A stretch of DNA of 64,000 bases, from positions 62,001-126,000 of the forward strand of contig CBFFRP010000394.1 in NCBI GenBank assembly GCA_965644295.1, given 5' to 3'. Numbering within the stretch: position 1 is the first letter of the stretch; the number at the start of each line of letters is the position of its first letter. This document shows, piece by piece, positions 1-13,600 of the stretch. The DNA comes from Paraphysomonas bandaiensis. Its lineage: Eukaryota > Protista > Chrysophyceae. A program made the translations under genes and the position numbers. Under the pieces are notes generated by a model. That model had not been told where the DNA came from, did not search any database, and saw only the letters and a program-made list of their open reading frames with translations.

Positions 1-528
1 CAGACGATACAGATTAAGACGCGTCTTTCTAATTTGTGATACTAAGTGACACAAGATAAGATGGAGTACTAAAATGCTTTGTAGTATAAGAGCTATGTGA
101 AATTAGAATGTCACATTTCAAATATTTCAACTGTCAAAATGAGTATTGTTACTGCCACTACTAGGATTACCAAATGCACATCATTAACTTAAATCGATTC
201 TTTTCTATATACATTATCATCAACAAACGGAATATACAACCTAAAAAATTCAACTAATATAAAACACAGTGTCATACATAGATCTATAGGTAGACAGAGC
301 CCACAAAGTTGTAACACTCTGGCTGCTATATTCTGACAACTATATATGTGTTTTTTCAAGTGCCTGCCGCCTAAGCAATAGGGAGATAAGCCTATTACAA
401 CTATAGAATTCCTTTTAACAATTCAACCTCAAATCCACGGGGATCCATTTGTAAAACTGCACTCGGCTACACTGATTCACTACGGCTCTTCATTTTCCTT
501 TTACGTTCTGCAGCGCTATGTTCATTAT

Positions 529-2516
529 TACGTCTGTGGACAATTATTTCGGACATAATCTGACAACTAAATTTGAGCAACAGCCGCGATTATACGTTCT
601 AAGGATCTTACCTTTTTGCATATGTCTTTTTTCTGCTCAAGGCTGCGCTCTGGTACAATATTCATCACCAGACCTTGCTCCATGGTGATTTCCTTTCTCG
701 TATCTCTTACAGATGCCAAAAATGGGTGCGTGAGTGCCTCGTCTACAGTCACACGCTTCGATTTGTCAAACACCAGCATTGAACGCAGCAAGTCAATGGC
801 ATCGGGCGGTGCATCAGGAAGAAGACCATCAAGCGTCTACAGTGGCATTGCAAATTTGTTAGTTAACCATGTCATGTGCAACACAACTATAACATTACCT
901 GAGAGTGTGGTAGGTTCTGAAATTGCCGAAGGTACTCTCTTTGCACAGGATTGCACACACTTTCAATATCCTTCTCAGACGGAGGTCCAATGACCTGAAA
1001 TATAACACCGAGTTGATTCTTGTCAGTTTCTCCAGATGTGCGCTCTTGACTAAGAGGAGCAACGGCTCCCCCAGGGAATAACGGCCGCCCTTGTCCCAGT
1101 AGATCCCCCAGCACACATCCGATAGACCAAACATCCACAGCATGGTCATACTCCTCCAAAAGAATAATTTCAGGAGCACGATACCAGCGAGATACTACAT
1201 GTTGGGTAAGGTGACGGGACATGGAAGGTGGTGGTGGAGCGGGTAGATCCTCCTGTTGTACAGCAACTGTTTCTGACGTGTGTTCTCCTGCTATATCGGC
1301 GGCACCTGAAATTAATCCAGATACACCAGATATGACACCAGCAACACTGGTAAGGATACCGGGAGTGGTTGCCGGAACACCTGGGATTCCAGCTGGTAGA
1401 CAGGGGGCTATCGGAATTTGTGGAGGTTGAAGCATACACTCTCTGACAATATCACATGTTACAAAAGCACTCAAAAAGTAATACCATCTCAGCATAACTA
1501 GAAAACAAATAGCACTAAATAAAGTAGCTCGCGGTGTGGCTTACCTCCGCTCTACAATTCTTGCTAGACCGAAGTCCGTCAGCTTCACAGTAAGATCGTC
1601 TTCCCACAACAGTAAGTTTTCAGGCTTAATATCTACAACCACATGAGCACATCAACTGCAGCAGGAGTTAGTCAGTCATAGTACGTACCCCTATGTATAA
1701 TGTTCGCTGAATGTACATACTTAATTGCTAGCAGCAATTGGTATAGAATTTTTTTGGTCTCTTCGATAGTCACTTTCTTTCTCTTACGTCTTCTAAGTCG
1801 AATAAACTTGTCCAGATCATAATCAGCACACTCAAATACTAGTTGAAGAGTATCAAGAGAACCATCTTGACCACCTGCCTCAACCTGCCTTTCATCTTTA
1901 GGATTGAAGTTAGGAGCTCGTACATCGAGGAGAGTAATAACATTCGGGTGGTTCAACTTCCTGAAAACAAGAAAATATTTATGTAAGCAGGTATAATACA
2001 TAGCGTCTTGGATTTACCTTAACATATACAACTCGCGATAGAGGTAAAGACAGTAGTGGGACCTTTGGAATTGGAGCTGTGAACGAATAGTCTTAACAGC
2101 CACTTGTCTACTAGGATCCCTAAAAAAAGATTACACAATTTACTCCACCCTAAAAATATATACCTCAGGTCTCTGCTACGAACGACCTTGCCGAAAGACC
2201 CTTCGCCTAACACAGGCATCCCAGACACTGAATAGCTGGGCGGTAAATCATCATCATCGGACTGAGAATCACTCCCTTCACTATTTCCTAGTAGATAATC
2301 AGGACTACTATCAATCTCTAACATTCCTAAGTTACTTATAGGGAGCTCCTCTGTTGTAGAGGCAAACGTAACACTGCTTGATTTGTTATCTTTGTTTTTT
2401 GAATGTAGAAGTTTACATTCCGGACGTTTACAGGCGCTGTTATCAGGACACATGATCATTTGAGACAAAGTTAGCTTTGCACGGCCTTGATTTGGTACTT
2501 TTAATACTTTAGGCAT
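529..2516 (-). CDS. Atypical MAPK-like (CMGC) Ser/Thr kinase with TxH activation motif and N-terminal CCCH finger; multi-exon, 3' end approximate
   Basis: Splicing at GT-AG introns (e.g. 2164-2120, 2017-1961, 1544-1443) gives GEGSFGKV, VAVK, HRDIKPEN, DFGLAR, LTQHVVSRWYRAPE, DVWSIGC, RPLFPG and EALTHPF. N-terminal CPDNSACKRPECKLLH. Confidence 0.9.
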
Positions 2517-3042
2517 GAGGGTAGTGATGTGGTTATGTTATGTCCAGTTGTTAAAGTAAATATTTAGCTTCGTCAATTCACTTGAAAAATACAAGCGAGA
2601 AAATGTGTTTTGTCTAATTTTTAAATAAGAAATTCTTAGTTTCTGTACTTTTGTGCCACTTGGTGTCTATTCAAGCTTAGGAGAAAGATGGAAATTTTGC
2701 CAACATTTCTCTGTGCCTGAGGAAATTTCTACTGGCAACACTCCATGCGACGGAATTATATCGTGCGTGGTACACTGTATGAATGTATTCTGGGTGTAGT
2801 ATAATAACTTATGTACTGGTGTACCTATATACTGTATATATCTACTCTGTAGGTACAAATGTATGTAAAGTAGTTTGGACACCATACCTATACACAGCCG
2901 ACCATATGGTGTGAATATGTCCTTTCTACTACGACTATCTCTTGTTATCGTATTTGTATCATAGGGAGCTGTATATGATACATATGCGATATGAATGAAA
3001 TATCGATGGTACGTTAAGGGCCCAGTAGGGTTGTAATGGAGC

Positions 3043-3161
3043 ACGATGGACACCCTATAGTTGTGGTTGGCCATAAAAGCGACACACAAGACGGGTACTG
3101 TTGTCGTGCTCAAAGCCGTCTTGTGTGTTTCCTTTATGGACACAACTAGGGGGTCCTTCGT
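3043..3161. other. Long imperfect inverted repeat/hairpin (candidate ncRNA or MITE relic)
   Basis: Nested paired segments: ACACACAAGACGG/CCGTCTTGTGTGT (13 bp), CCATAAA/TTTATGG, TAGTTGTG/CACAACTA, GGAC/GTCC, ACGA/TCGT. Confidence 0.6.
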
Positions 3162-3933
3162 CCTGTTGATATTGTCATATTTTTACGTCAGCTTGATCGC
3201 GTCGATCGACTCGTTGCTGAGATGCTCATAAATAAATGCATAAAAAGCAGAACTACGCATTGCTGTTAGCATATGGAAGATTACCTCTCTTATACTGGGT
3301 GAGTGTTCTTCGAATTACTCCTTCATCAACTAGCAAGAAGTTGGTGATATTTAGACAAAATAATCCTGATCTATAGCACTTGAAGGCATCTGGCTGCAGT
3401 GTATATCTTGCGATAGTCTTGCTTTAAAGATATTATGTAGGTATCGTCCATCACTAGGATGAAATACGTAGTATTATCACTATTCTACTAACACAACAAC
3501 GTATCAGCTGCATTGTAGCAACGAAGTGTGTCCGCTGTTTTCGCAGTCGTTGCACTGTATAGACTTTCTACACTGTGATTTTGAACCTGTCAGAATTGCT
3601 GGTATAGTTATAACTGGCAACTGGAATGCCTTATTCACGAGGAGTAGAGCCGACCAAGAGACGAGGGTACATTATTATCTCAAGGTGCAGATGAACTTGG
3701 CTAATACGTAGTACAACAAATATATTACTTGGGTTAACGTGAGTTTTAAATATTTGATACAACATGTCTGAAAGAGAAAGCATTAAATTTTAATTATCTT
3801 AATCGAACTTAGAAATGAATAAATAATCGGAATACCCATCAAAGTAGCGGTCTACGGAAACATATATACATAGAACACAGCGTAAGATTATAATACATAA
3901 AAATCGTTGAACCCTAAGATTATTCGAAGTATA

Positions 3934-4785
3934 TCACCAGTATTCATCACTCTGCTGCTGCAATATCTCATTCCCTGTCTTGAACTCCACCCGTGAAATA
4001 GTTATCTCGTTGCACACTTTCCTTCTTTTCACTGTCTTAAACCATGGGCGAGATTGCGATTCGTTAAATGAGTCGTTTACACTGTTACCAATATCGGTGC
4101 TATCTGGGTACATAACTTGGTTCATTTCCTTCGAACCTGATCCGCATTTGTTCCTTTTCTCCAACTGGGTACGCATGTGTGAATTCTTCTTGACAAGCCC
4201 GTCCACACATGCAAGAATAAGCGCTGATGCCTGTTCCTCCTCCTCTAATCTACTCTGCATAGACCTCTCTTCTTCCTTCTCGACACGGCGTCTGTAATTC
4301 AACCGTGCCCGAAGTAGCCCTTTCAGGTCATCAACTTCGCCCTCCACAGATTCCAATATTGAATCCCAATTACATGGTGGTGACGGAAGCTTAGCTAACT
4401 CTTCAATTGCTTCTAGTTCATTTGTACATGCAGATTCGATCTTTTTGAAAAAGAAATTAGGAATAAAAGCTATCCGGCTGTCGAGGGAATCGAGCTCCAG
4501 AGCTAACACTGCTCTTCTTTTACTCAATTCTTGTAACTCTTTCATTGCAATAGAGTTCTTTTTTGATATAGTCTGAAATACAGTAAATCATTCTCTGCAG
4601 TTACAAAAATGATCAGGTTTAACCTCACATTTGCTCCTTAATTCTGCTTCAGTTTCACGTTCTTGATTAGTGGCTTCACGTTCTTTAGCTAATACATCTT
4701 CCAGATGACTACACCTCTCCATTGCGTGTTCAAGTTCGAGTGATACACTCTGAAACTTGCGTTGTAGTTCTGATATAGTATCCAT
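3934..4785 (-). CDS. Hypothetical coiled-coil protein (2 exons)
   Basis: ORFs 4588-4785 and 3934-4545 join in frame through a short GT-AG intron at about 4620-4575; E/K/L-rich heptad composition. Confidence 0.6.
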
Positions 4786-5243
4786 TTATGGTACACTTGT
4801 TTGTCGAATACTATAATGGTTGTTGTCCATATGTGTATGATACTTATATATGGGGTAATGGAGTGGATATAAGGTGAAGGAATGTAGTATAGTAACACAG
4901 TTGATCACAGCAGTACTGGTACGGTGGTATGATAGGCTTGAGTTGTTGGTATCATATATGAGACTCACAGCAATATATACTCACTTCTTTTTATATTGAC
5001 GAATAATATAATAGAAACACTGTTATCAAGTGTTTGGTTGGCTAACCCTGTTGTCTACAAAAACACTTCACTCATATGAATACAGAATACCAGAATACCA
5101 GAATACATATACAATTTGGACATAGCTGCCTATTTCAAATTAGTCGCATATCACTATTAATTTAATTATCGCTCATATCAAGGTCATTCACAGTTGATTG
5201 TATAGTAGTTGTATAGAATTAAGAGTATCATACATATCTACTA

Positions 5244-7771
5244 ATGAGTGGTATACATACACCTGTAATCGACTTAACAATTGATGATGAGGTGAACTCA
5301 TATATACCAACTTCTATACCACCATCTCCCTTTCCGTATCATATGGTTAGAAGCGATAATATTATATCAGTAGATTTAACAATAGATAATCCACCTCCTA
5401 TAAATAAAGGAACAAAAATTTCATCTCGAAAACGTCAAAGTGAGAGCAGTAGTGATACTGTCACTATTGGTGTACCCGAAAGTGCTTCTGCTGCAAGGAC
5501 AAGGAATAATATCCCCCCTGGACCCCCCGTGCCATCACAATCGGCTGCAGAGGTATATTGAGGAGTGATTATGTAATTTTTCTAATTTGTTTCTGGTACA
5601 CTGCAGCAACGATCTATTGTAGCTAGCCTTGGAACTCTGGGCAAAGAACCTGTTGCAAAGAAAGGGACAAAAACTCAATCTCGAAAACGTCAAAGAGAGA
5701 GCAGTGGTGATACTGCCACTATTAGTGTACCCGACAGTGTCTTTTCTGCAAGGACAAGGAATAATATCCCCCCTGGACCCCCCGTGCCATCACAATCGGC
5801 TGCAGAGGTATATTGAGGAGTGATTATGTAATTTTTCTAATTTGTTTCTGGTACACTGCAGCAACCATCTATTGTAGCTAGCCTTGGGACTCTGGGCAAA
5901 GAGCCCGTTGCAAAGAAAGGTAGGGGAAGACCTCCAACTCGAAAGCAGCAAAGAGAGAGTAGTGGTGATACTGTCACTATTAGTGTACCGGACAGTGCTT
6001 CTGCTGCAAGGACAAGGAATAATACCCCCCCTGGACCCCCCGTGCCATCACAATCGGCTGCAGAGGTATATTGAGGAGTGATTATGTAATTTTTCTAATT
6101 TGTTTCTGGTACACTGCAGCAACCATCTATTGTAGCTAGCCTTGGAACTCTGGGCAAAGAGCCCGTTGCAAAGAAAGGTAGGGGAAGACCTCCAACTCGA
6201 AAGCAGCAAAGAGAGAGTAGTGGTGATACTGTCACTATTAGTGTACCGGACAGTGCTTCTGCTGCAAGGACAAGGAATAATACCCCCCCTGGACCCCCCG
6301 TGCCATCACAATCGGCTGCAGAGGTATATTGAGGAGTGATTATGTAATTTTTCTAATTTGTTTCTGGTACAATGCAGCAACCATCTATTGTAGCTAGCCT
6401 TGGGACTCTGGGCAAAGAGCCCGTTGCAAAGAAAGGTAGGGGAAGACCTCCAACTCGAAAGCAACAAAGTGAGAGCAGTAGTGGTACTGCCACTACTAGT
6501 GTACCCGACAGTGCTTCTGCTGCAAGGACAAGGAATAATACCCCCCCTGGACCCCCCGTGCCATCACAATCGGCTGCAGAGGTATATTGAGGAGTGATTA
6601 TGTAATTTTTCTAATTTGTTTCTGGTACAATGCAGCAACCATCTGTTGTAGCTAGCGGTAGGAACAGCGACTCATCCTCTTCTTCATCGGTTACGGTGGC
6701 TACCGCAAAGCCTATAGTTCGGAAGATCTCTCCAGAGCCTATAGTAAATTACCCGGTTCGTATACTTTATTCTGTTCTATAACTCTAACTTGATGAATAG
6801 GGGGCAGCCTATTTAATTCCGTGGTCTGATGAAAGAAGCAGGCGTGCATATGAAGCCCTTGAACAAGATGTGTTGAAGAAGAAGCGCCCTGTCTCACTTC
6901 CCAATGCAACATCTCCTCCTCAATTGAATGGGGAACCCGTTTCAGAAGAATATGAAACGGACATCTTCATGGACCTTTTGAACGCTTTACGGGATGACGG
7001 AACACAGTTTTTAGACGCAGAAGTTGCTATTTTGCTTTACGGAAATATGGTACCCCCCATATTTTTATCTAGTTTGGTGAAGCTGGTGTTGGAAACGATA
7101 GATAGTAGTGACAGGGACTCTGTCGAACAGTGGGAATATAGACAGGAGGTAAGGTGTTTTATTTCATACGCAACTCGATCTTATATGTTGATCTCAGACA
7201 TTACACGCTGTATTATTTCATATGTCGAGGTCACACATCAAACACAAGACTTTATTGCACTGGCGTCCGGTGGGTACTTTACTCTGCTATAACTCAATAT
7301 AGACCGAAATAATTCTGAAGGCAGGATATAGACGTGCTGTATGATGCGGTGAGTCAGCTTTCTCTTCGTGCGACGAACGGTGAAAAGATTACACCTGCAC
7401 ATCTTCTATTCCTTGATATACTCACACAACGCTATGGGGAGACAACTGTTGACAAAAGATCATTAACTCCTCTAGACTGCCATGATCGGGCGACGAAGCT
7501 GTTGGCAGCAGCTCAGGGATGTTTTCGGGGCGTTGAGTCGAGAGATCCAGAAATATCTTCTTGCTGCTCTAAAATTATTGCCGCCATAGTGAAAGCAGTT
7601 TGGTTGCCTATATTTTACGCCTCGAGTCCCGAGCGGAAGGGAAGTCGAATCGTTGGAGCGAATGTGGTCGGTATTTTTTCTCATTGTGGTATAAAAGGAA
7701 ACGATATGAATATATTAATTAGTTGTTCTGATTATGATTTAATGGGGAAGTATATGCATATTAGTGTGTAG
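5244..7771 (+). CDS. Hypothetical nuclear protein with SIM-like motifs, repeated AT-hook exons and a C-terminal helical domain; multi-exon
   Basis: VIDLT and VDLT near the N-terminus; KKGRGRPPTRK in repeated phase-0 exons; continues into ORFs 6870-7292 and 7334-7771 via short introns. Confidence 0.65.
5427..6657 (+). repeat. Tandem 255-258-bp exon+intron repeat (about 4.8 units)
   Basis: Near-identical 54-nt intron GTATATTGAGG...TGCAG starts at 5553, 5808, 6066, 6324 and 6582; intervening exons are 201-204 nt. Confidence 0.95.
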
Positions 7772-8135
7772 TTTTTTGTGCGTAGAAGATAAAATATTTT
7801 TGATGTACTACAATAATTAATACGCGCTCTGTTTGCTGCAGTGCACTACTCGTTGACTTTATTACTCCGCTGTATCGAATTTATGAAAGTTAACTGCGCA
7901 TATCTTTTCAACAGGGCTGCGTAAAAGTAAATTGGTTTCCAATTATTGGCATTGCAATAATAGAAATAAGGACTTCAAAAGTAATTACAGTTATAACTTT
8001 CTTTAATCGTCAACTTTTGCAAGTAAATGACATTTCAGTGCGTATACTAGTTACTACACGAAGTCATAAGTTGTACAAAGTTTGTACTACAAACGTACAA
8101 AGTACATTTAGCTTCATCGGTGGACCTCAGCAAAA

Positions 8136-8848
8136 GTACCTATAGGTAGGTACCTATAGGAGACCTATAGGTACTTTATTAATTAAATCTCCTAGTACCT
8201 ATTAGGAACTTGTCTAGTACCTATAGGTACATTTTAGCTCAATAGGTAGTACCTATACCAGCTTCAGATAGGACCACCTATAGGTGGCAAGACCAGCTAT
8301 AGGTGGGTCCTATTTCTTGGTACCTAATAATTGCATTAGGAACCCCTATTAGGCACTACCTTTTTGACCTATAGGTACTAAGCAAGTTCCTAATAATGAC
8401 CTATAGGTACAAACAAGTACCTAATACGGACCTATAGGTACGACCTATACGTGTCCTATAGGTACTTAATAATTTCCTAATAGGTACTTATCGGTACCTA
8501 TAGGTACTACCTAGTATTGACATTGCTACCTATAGGTAGTAGTACCTATAGGTAGCAAGATCAGCTATAGGTGGGTCCTATTTCTTGGTACCTAACAATC
8601 GAATTAGGAACCCCTATTAGGTATTAATTTTGACCTATAGGTACTACCTAGATAGCTAACATATACCTATAGGTGTAGTACCTATAGGTGGCAAGACTAG
8701 CTATAGGTGGATCCTATTTATTGGTACCTAATAATCGTATTAGAAACCCCTATTAGGCACTACCTTTTTGACCTATAGGTACTACCTAGTTAGGTAACAC
8801 ACACCTATAGTTGTAGAACCTACTAAATACCCTGCCACCTATAGGTAC
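8136..8848. repeat. Left subterminal array of the palindrome (T)ACCTATAGGT(A)
   Basis: Many exact and variant ACCTATAGGT copies; higher-order blocks recur near 8276, 8543 and 8678. Confidence 0.92.
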
Positions 8849-9069
8849 GATGCAGCCCAGCCTACAAACCACACACTGCTCATAAAACGCTATACAACAT
8901 TAGTATCGTTTATAGAGAAGAGTACAAGACAAATCAAATCAGCATACACACTCGAAAGAACAGAAAACACACACTCGAAAGCGATATATGAATAAAATCG
9001 ATAATAAAAAATAGCCAGCTTGAAAACTGACTATGCCTAACATCGGAGGAAATGGTTAATACACATACC

Positions 9070-10293
9070 TTACCAATCTTTCAAAACTATAGACGCCTCA
9101 TCAGGCTCCTCAATGTACTCTGAAGCTTCGATCTTTTTCTTCTCTTTCTTCAGTAGTCTCCACGTACTGAAATATCTTGTTCTCTGGGAGTGGAAATAGA
9201 GAAATGCGCCTTCTTTTTCCAAGAAAGCGCGTCGTGATATTTTAATCGCATCAACTCTTGATTTGGCTCTCGATGCCAGATAAGCAGTCCAGGCATCACT
9301 ACTGGTAGGGGGAGATTCGGACGCCTGCTGTAGTCGATCGTACAGCATCTCCTGAGCTGTCGACTCTATCATGGCGCTAGTTTCGTTAACAAACGTCATG
9401 GGATCACTGCTATCATTATGACTATAAGCTCCAATTAAAACACAGACGGCTTCGACAGCAGTCTGCATGAAGGAATCTTCACTGTTCCATTGATGTTCTC
9501 GAGGGCAGTTACCTAGTCAAACAATGAGTTTATAGAAAACAAATATTTGACTTACCATCTTTCAAGGAATTTCTTAATTCCTCCTCGAATGCACTATCCA
9601 ACCAGGGGGTCTGGTCGGTATAAAGAGCATGATAGCATAATCTAATCTTCGTTTTTAAATTATCAGCCACCTTTCGCACATATTTCATTACGTCTCTGTA
9701 AACTATGTGAGACATGTAATAATAACAGACTCAATCAAATACCTCGATGACGAAATTGCAGCTATGACACCGCTCTGAAGCATTGTTTCATTCGGCACAA
9801 ATGCTCCTTCTTTACAAGCTAGTTGAAATGCCTGTTATAATTAAGTCACATACTTATAAATATATTAAATTCACCTTATTATGGGGAGCTTGCATATCAA
9901 TTCCGTTTTTTGATATTAATGCAAGTATCAGCCGCATGAGGAGTTCGAAGTGTTCCTCAATGGGAGATATTTCCCCAGTGTCCAGTTTACAATGTAACCG
10001 AGCATACATCATCTCCTGATGATACGGGAGAAAGCTTGGGGATGAGGCAACCACGGCGCACTCTGCTGCCCCACGACAAGATCTTCCCGGTACAAAACTG
10101 TCGACAATAACTTCGTCCTTACGTTCTTCGTCCGAAGACTGACTTAAGGTTGCAAGGTTTCAATTTCTGACGATGAGTGACATTGCTCAGGTATAGTTAT
10201 ATTGGGCCTGCTGCACAGAGGCTTCTTCCTGGGAGGTGACTGTGCAGTACAAAATGTGCGATCCATTTTACGGTTTCCACTGCGCTGCGCCAT
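9070..10293 (-). CDS. Second (accessory) gene of the transposon, unknown function; multi-exon, with a 1-nt frameshift near 10145; 3' end uncertain
   Basis: ATG at 10293 gives MAQRSGNRK...PPRKKP...LQP*. The -1 frame continues SQSSDEERKDE into ORFs 9854-10054, 9530-9715 and 9070-9468, separated by short GT-AG introns. Confidence 0.55.
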
Positions 10294-10611
10294 CTGATAA
10301 CGATAATGATGATAATGAATACGATAAATATGATGAAATAATGATGATTACATATATATGTATATGACTGTTTATGGAATTCATCTTTCGGAAAGTGAAG
10401 AGACATTCACATACTCTCACTTCGACTTCTGACTTCGAAGTTCTCACACTTCGACTTCCGACTTCAGAATCATTCTTCAGTTTGTTTTTTATGGTACTGC
10501 TGTATACTGTACATGGTATACATATAGCAGAGCACATATGTACAGTATACAAAACTGTCCAGAGGGAAACACAAAGGTGTGTACATGTACACATGTACAC
10601 TGTTGGATACA

Positions 10612-13600
10612 ATGTGGAAATGCAATGTGTGTAAACAAGTTTTTGATTCAGGTCAGAGTTTGTCACGTCATGAAGATATTGCTTGCTATCGGAGAATTTT
10701 TTACCGAATAGAAAGCGAAAGACTCCAGCAGATAGTGGTCCTCAGAGCTACATCATTCGTGATGACGACAATAGTGATGATGAGTACAGTGACCATGATG
10801 AGGAGGACTCATATATTCCTACGTACTTATGGCAATATCAAAGAATGGAAGAAGCTTCTCCGACCGGTAATACCGAGTTCCCTATCTTTCATCCTGATTA
10901 TGATCAACAAGATAAACCGATTTCTACGTATAAGAAGCTTCAGGAAACATTTTACGACAAATCTTACAGCAGGGATGCATTGAGAGCTTCTAATTTGGAG
11001 AATTTTATTGAATCTGTCAGTAATTCGAGCAATCACAGCGAGTCGGATGTTTTGCTGCTGAAGTTGTATGCATTTGGAAGAATGTGCAAGCTAAGTCGCT
11101 CCACAGGAGATGCTCTTCTCGAATTAATTCGCTCATTTAAACCTCGTAAAGCGCTTCCGAAATCGTGGAAATCGGTTGTGTCGCATTTCAAAAGAGAAAC
11201 ATCACATTACAGATATGCAGAGAAGTCTGTACCCTGGCCGTCGTCGTGGAAAATGGAGTCTTGGAGTACTTCCGGGCAGAGACCAAAAGAAATCATTGTG
11301 CGTGCTAGGGATGCATTGGAAATGCTTAGTTATCAAGCCGCGAATCCCATAATTCAGTTCTGTTGGAATAAACACATCCATTATGATACATTTTCTATGA
11401 AAGATAGGGAAACTGGTGAGAATTACGTTGGTGATCTCATGTCTTCATCGTGGGCGAAAAATACTGAGCAACTTATATACCAGAATTTCTGTTCTGAGAG
11501 AAAGTTAATGCCATGTTTATTGTATCATGACGGTGTTGCGATGGGGCATTGTGCTAGTGTAAAAAGTATTCCAGTTTTAGGAACATGTGGAAATTTCAGT
11601 GATGAATTGATGCGAAAGAATTTAGCAAAGTTTTGTTTAGGCTTTATTCCAGATATTTCAAGCTCAACAAGTACCGAAGTTTTAATTACTCATTTAATGA
11701 CGTGTGGAATGAGCCGTACAAAAGCAGAGAGGGAAGTCAGACTATTTAATTTGCAGTTAGAAAGGCAGTTCTGGAACTTGGTAACAACCCCACTCAAAAC
11801 TGTTTCGGAACGAGGTGCAGAAATGTATGTACTTGGAAAGGGTTTAATTATTGTTCATACCTTTTGCCCGTTCAGTATTGGAGATGACCCTGCAATTCAT
11901 CGGCAGATTGGCTTGTACGAAGGAAATTCCCGCTTTGCATGTGTTAATTGTGAGTATCCGCTGAGGGGTGGTGTTTTTTATAACCCACAGATTCATCTCA
12001 AGAGAGATGGACATACAATTGCTGAACGCTGTCGACGTCTAAATAGTGGTCGGCTATCAGACAAGGAAGAGAAGGCTACTCGAAAGTCACTCGATGATAA
12101 ATGCATCATGCCCTTCGTGAACGCCTTTCATCATTCGTTTATGGGCTGCAACAACCATTGTTTTAATAATCCTCAGGACTTGTTTCACCTATTTTGTGCT
12201 GGCATTGCAAAAAGTCTTGTTCTTTGGATTCTTACCATTGTTGATAGCACAAGCAAAACTATGGACCCGACTTTCCACAACAGTAAGGGTGTGCTGGATG
12301 GTAGACTGATAATGATACCTCAAGTTCCGAATATGCCACATGTAAATTGGACAGTCTTCAAGAAAGGGCTAATGCACATTATCTCTACTAAAAGCAAGAA
12401 AGATAAAGGCCATTCCACTGGTTCTGTAGGCGGATATCGATCAAGCGAATTCATTACGGCACTTATACAGCTTTTTTTTGCGGTAGGTTTTTAAAAATTC
12501 CACGGTTCGTATCACTTTCCATGAGTTAGATAGGCACAGATGGCCAAGTTTTACCAACAGCTACGAACTACGTATTTTGTTGCAAGAATACGCGGCCCCG
12601 ACGCGTTGGTAATTTGACAATGAAAGTTCTACAAGCAATTAAGGCGGTACTGAACGTCTATTTTGAGTGTAAAAGATGCTGTTTCACGAACCCTGATATT
12701 CTACATGTGGAGCTTATATGCACTGATATGGTTGCAAAGGTTTTGCTAGTGTGGGACTTGAAGCAAACACTTCTTAACAACCAGCCATCATTTCCATTGA
12801 TGCGAAAGCTTCATTCTGTTATGCATCTTTCATTTAACATTGCCATGTTTGGAGCCTTATCAAAGGCAGATGCTGGCTCTTGGGAGTCGAGCAATCGCTA
12901 TTTTACAACCGATAACTGGCGACGCACAAGTAGGAGATATGCTTCCTCAAATGAGGAGATGCTAAAATTATCTATCTGTCAAGATCATTCTCGAGTACTG
13001 GAGTTTATTGCTGCATGCCACACTCATGACAATGCGTATATAAATTCACTAAAGCCAGAAGTTCCACCTGAAGTTGTTTTAGTATATCCAATGTGTAATG
13101 TAAAGCATGCAACTCTATGCGTTGGTGCAAATGGCTACTTATTCGCATGTGAAGAAGAGATAGAGTTGAATGATTTCATCGGGCACAAGGAATTAACAGT
13201 TTTTTCTCTAACAGATTTCTGTAGACGAGCTCTGGGTGAACAGAACTGGAACAGCCTATGTCGTGGTGATATATCTCTTAAGCTTATACAAGCTCTCACA
13301 TACCACGCAAACGAAGAGAGTGGTATCGGCAAAGGTAGTCATCATGCAATGAAGAAGACGAGGCGGCGAAAACAACGATTTGATTTTATATTCATTCAAC
13401 TGGAAAATGGAGACAATCAACTGGCCCAAATAGTATCAATGTTACAACTGACATTTGAAAACGACATCAAGTATTTCTATATTGTTCAGTATATGGAACC
13501 GTGTGAAGTGAGTAGCCTTGCTTTTTTCCCCAAATACAGATGGGAAGTGCGTTACAATCGCCGACGCCAGCAGATATTTTGCCACGATATTATTGATTTT

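Noticed and set aside
3025-3045. SRP RNA Alu-like GGUUGUAAUGG
   Set aside because: No helix-8 SRP54-binding motif is visible downstream.
1-8114. Kinase/coiled-coil/AT-hook cluster as cargo of a Helitron or viral insertion
   Set aside because: No Rep/helicase, integrase or capsid gene and no convincing terminus in view; the introns look host-like.
8136-8848. CRISPR-like appearance of palindromic repeats with variable spacers (also 14078-14787)
   Set aside because: The repeat is only 10-12 bp, spacers are irregular and themselves repeated, there are no cas genes, the context is eukaryotic, and the arrays sit just inside TIRs as transposon subterminal repeats.
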